Origin: Paraspadella gotoi
Lineage: Eukaryota > Animalia > Chaetognatha
Direction of reading: 5' to 3'
Assembly: GCA_051294375.1 (NCBI GenBank)
Contig: CM119269.1
Location: 3,366,903 to 3,430,902, forward strand
DNA: 64,000 nucleotides
Shown: one piece after another, positions 58,898 to 64,000 of the stretch
How the letters are laid out: each line of letters begins with the position of its first letter
How positions within the stretch are numbered: position 1 is the stretch's first letter
Translations under genes and position numbers: made by a program
Notes under the pieces: model-generated
What the model was told of the DNA's origin: nothing
Databases searched by the model: none
The model's input: the letters and a program-made list of their open reading frames with translations, nothing else

Positions 58898-61289
58898 GTA
58901 AGTTTAAACATTCTGTGAAGTCAGTTTAATTACATTTAAAGTGACTAAGGTTCATTAGTAAATGTGTGGTTTTGATGTGCTTCGGTTTGCGTCGTTGTTT
59001 GGATAATGGATAAACGCGAAACAATAACAATAATCCAAATGGAATCGACTTTCTCAACGACTACGACATTGACATGACATGATATTGGGGACGACGACGA
59101 TGATGTCGACAATGACAACAAAAAAGACAATGACAACAATGACAACAGCAACAACAAATGATGACAACAACAAAGACAACCGGACCTATTGCGTTGTATG
59201 AGACAACGTAAATCACTCTGCGTAATAATGGAATATATTTAGCCGATATAATTTGGAGCAAGCGGCTTCATTTCTTTACGAACTTGCAGATTGAGAGTGT
59301 GAGTTAAAGTCGCCTTGCAACTATCCCCGCCATTGCCATATGTGTGAATTATTTATAACAAGTTGAAAGCAAGTAAAACCACAACGAAAAAGAAAAGCAT
59401 CAAATGACTTTCCTTTTTTTTTGTTGTCCTTTGCTTTTTTATCCTCTTCGACTTTCCTTTCAGAAGCAAAGTCACTTATCTTCCTTATACTTCAAAATTT
59501 TGCCATCTTCTGCCATTCGTTGCCATTCTTTTGCCCTTCTTTTGCCCTTTTACCGTCTCGCCATTGCTTCCTATCGGCTTNNNNNNNNNNNNNNNNNNNN
59601 NNNNNACAGAGAAGAGATAACAGCGACCAATTTGGTGGCGTTGGCCAGAATGAATTCCTGGAGGATAGACGTAAAAACTTGTCTCGATTCGTTTAGTTTT
59701 ATCTATGTTTTTACACTTTGGAGTGGCGGCTAGGAAATAAAAGCAAAACCCACAACCGCCAACTTATTTTATAGTTTTTTCACAATATACGGTTATCTTT
59801 TTAAATAGTTAATTTAAAACTTGGTACATGAGGCTTAGATTCCCGTAAGATCTTTTATGTTTATATTTAGAATACCAAATTCATGCGGCTTGTGTATATT
59901 TATTTGAAGATTTTCTATTTTTTAATTCGCTTAACATCGTGTCTGCGTGAGCAGGCATACCTTGTTGTTTTCACATAAATCTATTAGATGACGATTCTAC
60001 TCCGTGCGATGTTACGATTATTACTGTTCCGACCATGGTAAGCACGTGAATCACCCGGAAATTATAGCGTTGATAAGACAGTCACTATGCTTCGCCAACA
60101 CATTGGAATTTAAATGGTTTTTAAATGTTTAATCTTAGCTGAGTGATCATGTCAGACTTGACATCAGCAAATCTTTTCTTGTGTTTTTTCGGGCTTCTGG
60201 TAATATTTTATTTGAAAGTCTTACTGAGTCTCCTGTCGTCGGTTGCCATCGTCGTCGGTCGTCGTCGTCGTCGTCGTTTCACTCGTCGTCGTCGTCGTAG
60301 TTTCACTCGGTCGTGATCCTCGCGCCCATCGACGGTATGGTTTCTTCGGCGCCATTGGCAATTGCCATCACCGAGCCACGACAACGACGTCAACGGTCCG
60401 GCCGGCGACAAAAGTTTTTTGGCGTCGCGCCATTCCGAAACCATAATAGTGACTCTCAAAGCGCGAAATATGATGTACGCGGAGAAATGTGATCAACAAG
60501 ATTGGACGCGAAGCCAGGCGGTACGGAGGAAATCAAGCGCGGGGACGGGAACGCCCACTTTATTGGGGAATATATCTCTGTTCTCTCATCTCTCTCCTGT
60601 TCATCTGCTCTTCTCGTCTCTGCGTCTCTCGTCTGCATCGTCTCTCTCTCTCTTCTCTCTCTCTCTCTCTGCTCTCCAGTATTTCCGTGTTCTTATTTAT
60701 AATGCGGCGTCGAAAAAAATCGTGGTCTCTTAATCGTTCCTCCCGAAAATAACGGCGGTTTAATTGAGAAAAAGTTTTACGAGAAAACAACACCACACAG
60801 GCCGAGAGGGAGACGGGAAGTTTTGAAGCCGAGGGGACAGAGAGTCAGATAGAGAGAAGAGCAGAAGTGTTAGAGCGAGCGTCCCGTCGACGAATAAACG
60901 ATCCTCTTTCCCTGTTTTCGTTTCTCGAATTCCTATTTGTCTTTCTTGATTTGTTTGTTTTCGCTCGACTTGGATTGCATTAGACAACGACCCTCCGTTC
61001 GGGATTCGTTCGTGCAGAAAGGAGATAGCTTCTTTGGAGGATGCTGAATTTTGTAAACCGGAAACGAGGGACGAAATTGAAATGAATGTAAATGAATTTT
61101 GGATCGGGAGACTCGAATGGGAGGAAGAGAAGTAACTGTATGAGTTAAATGGAGGTAAGTTAACTGCTGTCATGGAAATAAAAAAAGCGAGGTGAGTTAT
61201 TGACTTGGAAGCAGCGACTTTGTGAAATGGACCGGAAATGAAAAATGCTGACGATGCATGACAAAAGTCAATAATATACATATTTAGGA

Positions 61290-64000
61290 AGGAGAAGAAA
61301 ATGGATTTTTCATTAAACTTTCAATCCGGATATGTTCTGCCGGTCATTTGTGTTTTTTTTGCGTTGTTGTTGTCGTTTTTGTTATTGTCGTCGTTATCTT
61401 TTGGTTTATACAGACGCAACATCAGCACATATATTCCGTTTTGCTTACCGTTTGTTTTTGCTTCTCATTACCATAACCAAAAAGAAATTTTGGGTTATTT
61501 TTTAAAAATTGTAAACATCTAACGAAAATCCGCTGGGAAAACAAAATGTCGATGAGCCAGGTTTTTTTGACTCGTCATTTTCTGAAACATAACATTTCTA
61601 TCTAACAGGGAGGACGGAGTCTGAAAAAGGGCTTCCGACCTCGCTCGGGAAACACGACCTTTGACGCCGATGGTGGACAGAACCATATTACGCCTCTGGG
61701 AACGAAATGGGTCCGAACGAAAGAAAACAAAATGAAAGAAAAAGGGAAATAGGATGGGAAAGAGAAGAGGAGGGCAAAGGGAGAAAAAAGTGGGCAAGGG
61801 TAAAAAAGGGAAAACTTGGTCCATTGAAAAAGAGAAAAATATATTTCGAAATAAGATTTAGTTTCAAAACTCATAAAAGTGATTTACTAAAAGGAAGGGG
61901 TATACGAAAATTGCAAACAGGAGAGAGAAGAGAGAGAAGAGAAGAGAGAGAGAGAGAGAAGAGAGAGAGGAGAGAGAGAGAGAGCAGAGAGAGAGAGATG
62001 GAGAAATGGTTTTAGCGAATGGAGAGCGACGGAATGCAATCGCGAAAGAAGATTGGATATGATGGATGACGGGCAAGCATTAAGGAGATATGCGCGAGAA
62101 TTGGCCTTGGAGAGCGGGGGCAGATCCGACACGCGGAGATGAAGAGGGATGAGAGGGAGAGGGAGAGAGAGAAGGAAAGAGGAGAAAGAGATAGAGCAGG
62201 GAGTGTTGGAGCGAATGAAAAAAAAAGCATTAAAAAGTTTGAAAACAGGAATCGACAAAAAACTGTTTGAAATTTTACTGGAAAGGAGAGCAGCGTCTAA
62301 TGGCATGGTACTTATTAGTATTGTTGGGATAAGATGGAATGGGATGCCATGGGAATAAGATGGGCAATTGGACTGCATGGGATGAAAAACTGGGACGAGG
62401 AACAGCATGGGGGAGGACGCAAGGACGCGCGCTGATATAGAAGGGGGCAAGAATTAGAAGGTTAGAAATGAAGAATCCTGGCGGCGACTCGCATGGAAGA
62501 AGGAATGAAGATTTAAGCGACGCCCGATTGTCAAACGGCTAACAGGTTCCAGTTTTGGTGAACTGTTCTTGCCTCTGGTTGCAATTGGATTTTCTCTCTT
62601 CTCTCTCATCCTCTCTCTCTCAATCTCGGTTCTCATCTCTCTCTCTCTCCTTCTCTTCTTCTCTCTCCTCTCTCTTTCTCTCTTCTCTCTGTGGGCCTTT
62701 CTCAGAGAATAAAACGGAATAAATGCACGGAAAAAAGCCAGAGAAATCATCTTCCGGCATAAAAAGGGGAAAAAAGTCTGAATAAAAACTGGGACAAGTG
62801 CGAAGCTGGAAGAAATCTTCATTCCTTCTTCCATCGAGTCCCGCAGGATTCTCATTTCTAACCTCTAATTTTGCCCCCTTCTATATCAGCCGCGTTCCTT
62901 CGTCCTCCCCAGTGTCTCTCCATTTTTCATCCCATGCCATCCAATGCCATCTTATCCCATGGCATCCCATTCCATCCTATCCCAACACATCTAATAAAGT
63001 ACCATGCCATTAGACGCTTCTCTCCTTTCCATTAAAATTTTCAAACAGTTTTTGTGATTCCTGTTTTCAAACTTTTTAATGCTTTTTTTTTCATTCGCTC
63101 CAACACTCCCTGCTCTATCTCTTTCTCCTCTTTCCTTCTCTCTCTCCCTCTCCCTCTCATCCCTCTTCATCTCCGCGTGTCGGATCTGCCCCCGCTCTCC
63201 AAGGCCAATTCTCGCGCATATCTCCTTAATGCTTGCCCGTCATCCATCATATCCAATCTTCTTTCGCGATTGCATTCCGTCGCTCTCCATTCGCTAAAAC
63301 CATTTCTCCATCTCTCTCTCTCTGCTCTCTCTCTCTCTCCTCTCTCTCTTCTCTCTCTCTCTCTCTTCTCTTCTCTCTCTTCTCTCTCCTGTTTGCAATT
63401 TTCGTATACCCCTTCCTTTTAGTAAATCGTTTATGTGTTTTTGAAACTAAAACTTTATTTAGAAATATATTTTTCTCTTTTTCAAGGACCCAAGTTTTCC
63501 TCTTTTTTACCCTTTGCCCACTTTTTCTCCCTTTTTTTTTCTCCTCTTCTCCCTTTCCCATCCTTTTCCCTTTTTCTGTTATTTTGTTTTCTTTCGTCGA
63601 CCCATTTCTGTTCCCAGAGGCGTAATTGGTTCTGTCCGCCATCGGGTCAAAGGTCGTGTTTCCCGAGGCCGAGGTCGGAAGCCCTTTTCAGACTCCGTCC
63701 TCTGTGATAGAAATTGTATGTTTCGAAAATGACGATCAAAAAAAAACCTGTCATCGACATTTTGTTCCCGGGATTTCGTTTAGATGTTTCAATTTTTAAA
63801 AATACCAATCTTTTGTTATGTTAATGAGAAGCAAAAACAAACGGAAGCAAAACGGAAATTTGTGCTGATGTTGCGTCGTTGTATAAACAAAAGGATAACG
63901 ACGACAACAACAAAAACGACAACAACAACGCAAAAAAACAAAATGACGGCGAGAATCATTTCCGGTTGAAAGTTAATGAAAATCCATTTTCTTCTCCTCT
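61290..64000. repeat. Third noisy inverted duplication (arms <=61290-62513 and 62815->64000)
   Basis: ORFs 62012-62230(-) and 63079-63297(+) are identical. 61290-61330 is the reverse complement of 63961-63998. The duplication extends past the window end. Confidence 0.92.

Overview
Eukaryotic (invertebrate metazoan) genomic DNA, not prokaryotic. It has short GT-AG introns, dense (AG)n/(AAAG)n/(GAC)n microsatellites and many N gaps. Four intron-containing genes could be spliced by hand in consistent phase: ABHD2 (+, 29234-31828, 424 aa, intact Ser-Asp-His triad); a basigin/neuroplastin-family Ig membrane protein (-, 37083-32449, 602 aa, with an extra mucin-like N-terminus and a long Ala-rich tail); a compact Klarsicht-like KASH protein (+, 43305-46014, 785 aa, ending ...YFNGPPPT); and the 5' part of a neuron navigator/sickie/unc-53 orthologue (+, from 47213, running out of the window). 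A fifth, unidentified Pro/Ser-rich gene starts at 22847 behind four CCAAT boxes spaced about 32 bp apart. The first ~22 kb has no recognisable CDS. Three kb-scale, indel-noisy inverted duplications (about 13.9-21.5 kb, 55.3-58.9 kb, 61.3-64 kb) lie next to or shortly after 25-N gaps. They most likely reflect amplification or long-read fold-back chimeras, and one scrambles the NAV exons. Small fold-back/MITE-like elements and a 4-copy ~270 bp dispersed repeat look genuine. I found no clearly new biological system. The best leads are the unusual basigin and KASH architectures, the orphan gene, the purine-rich 3' splice sites and the triplicated splice donor. Family calls rest on remembered motifs; no database search was run.
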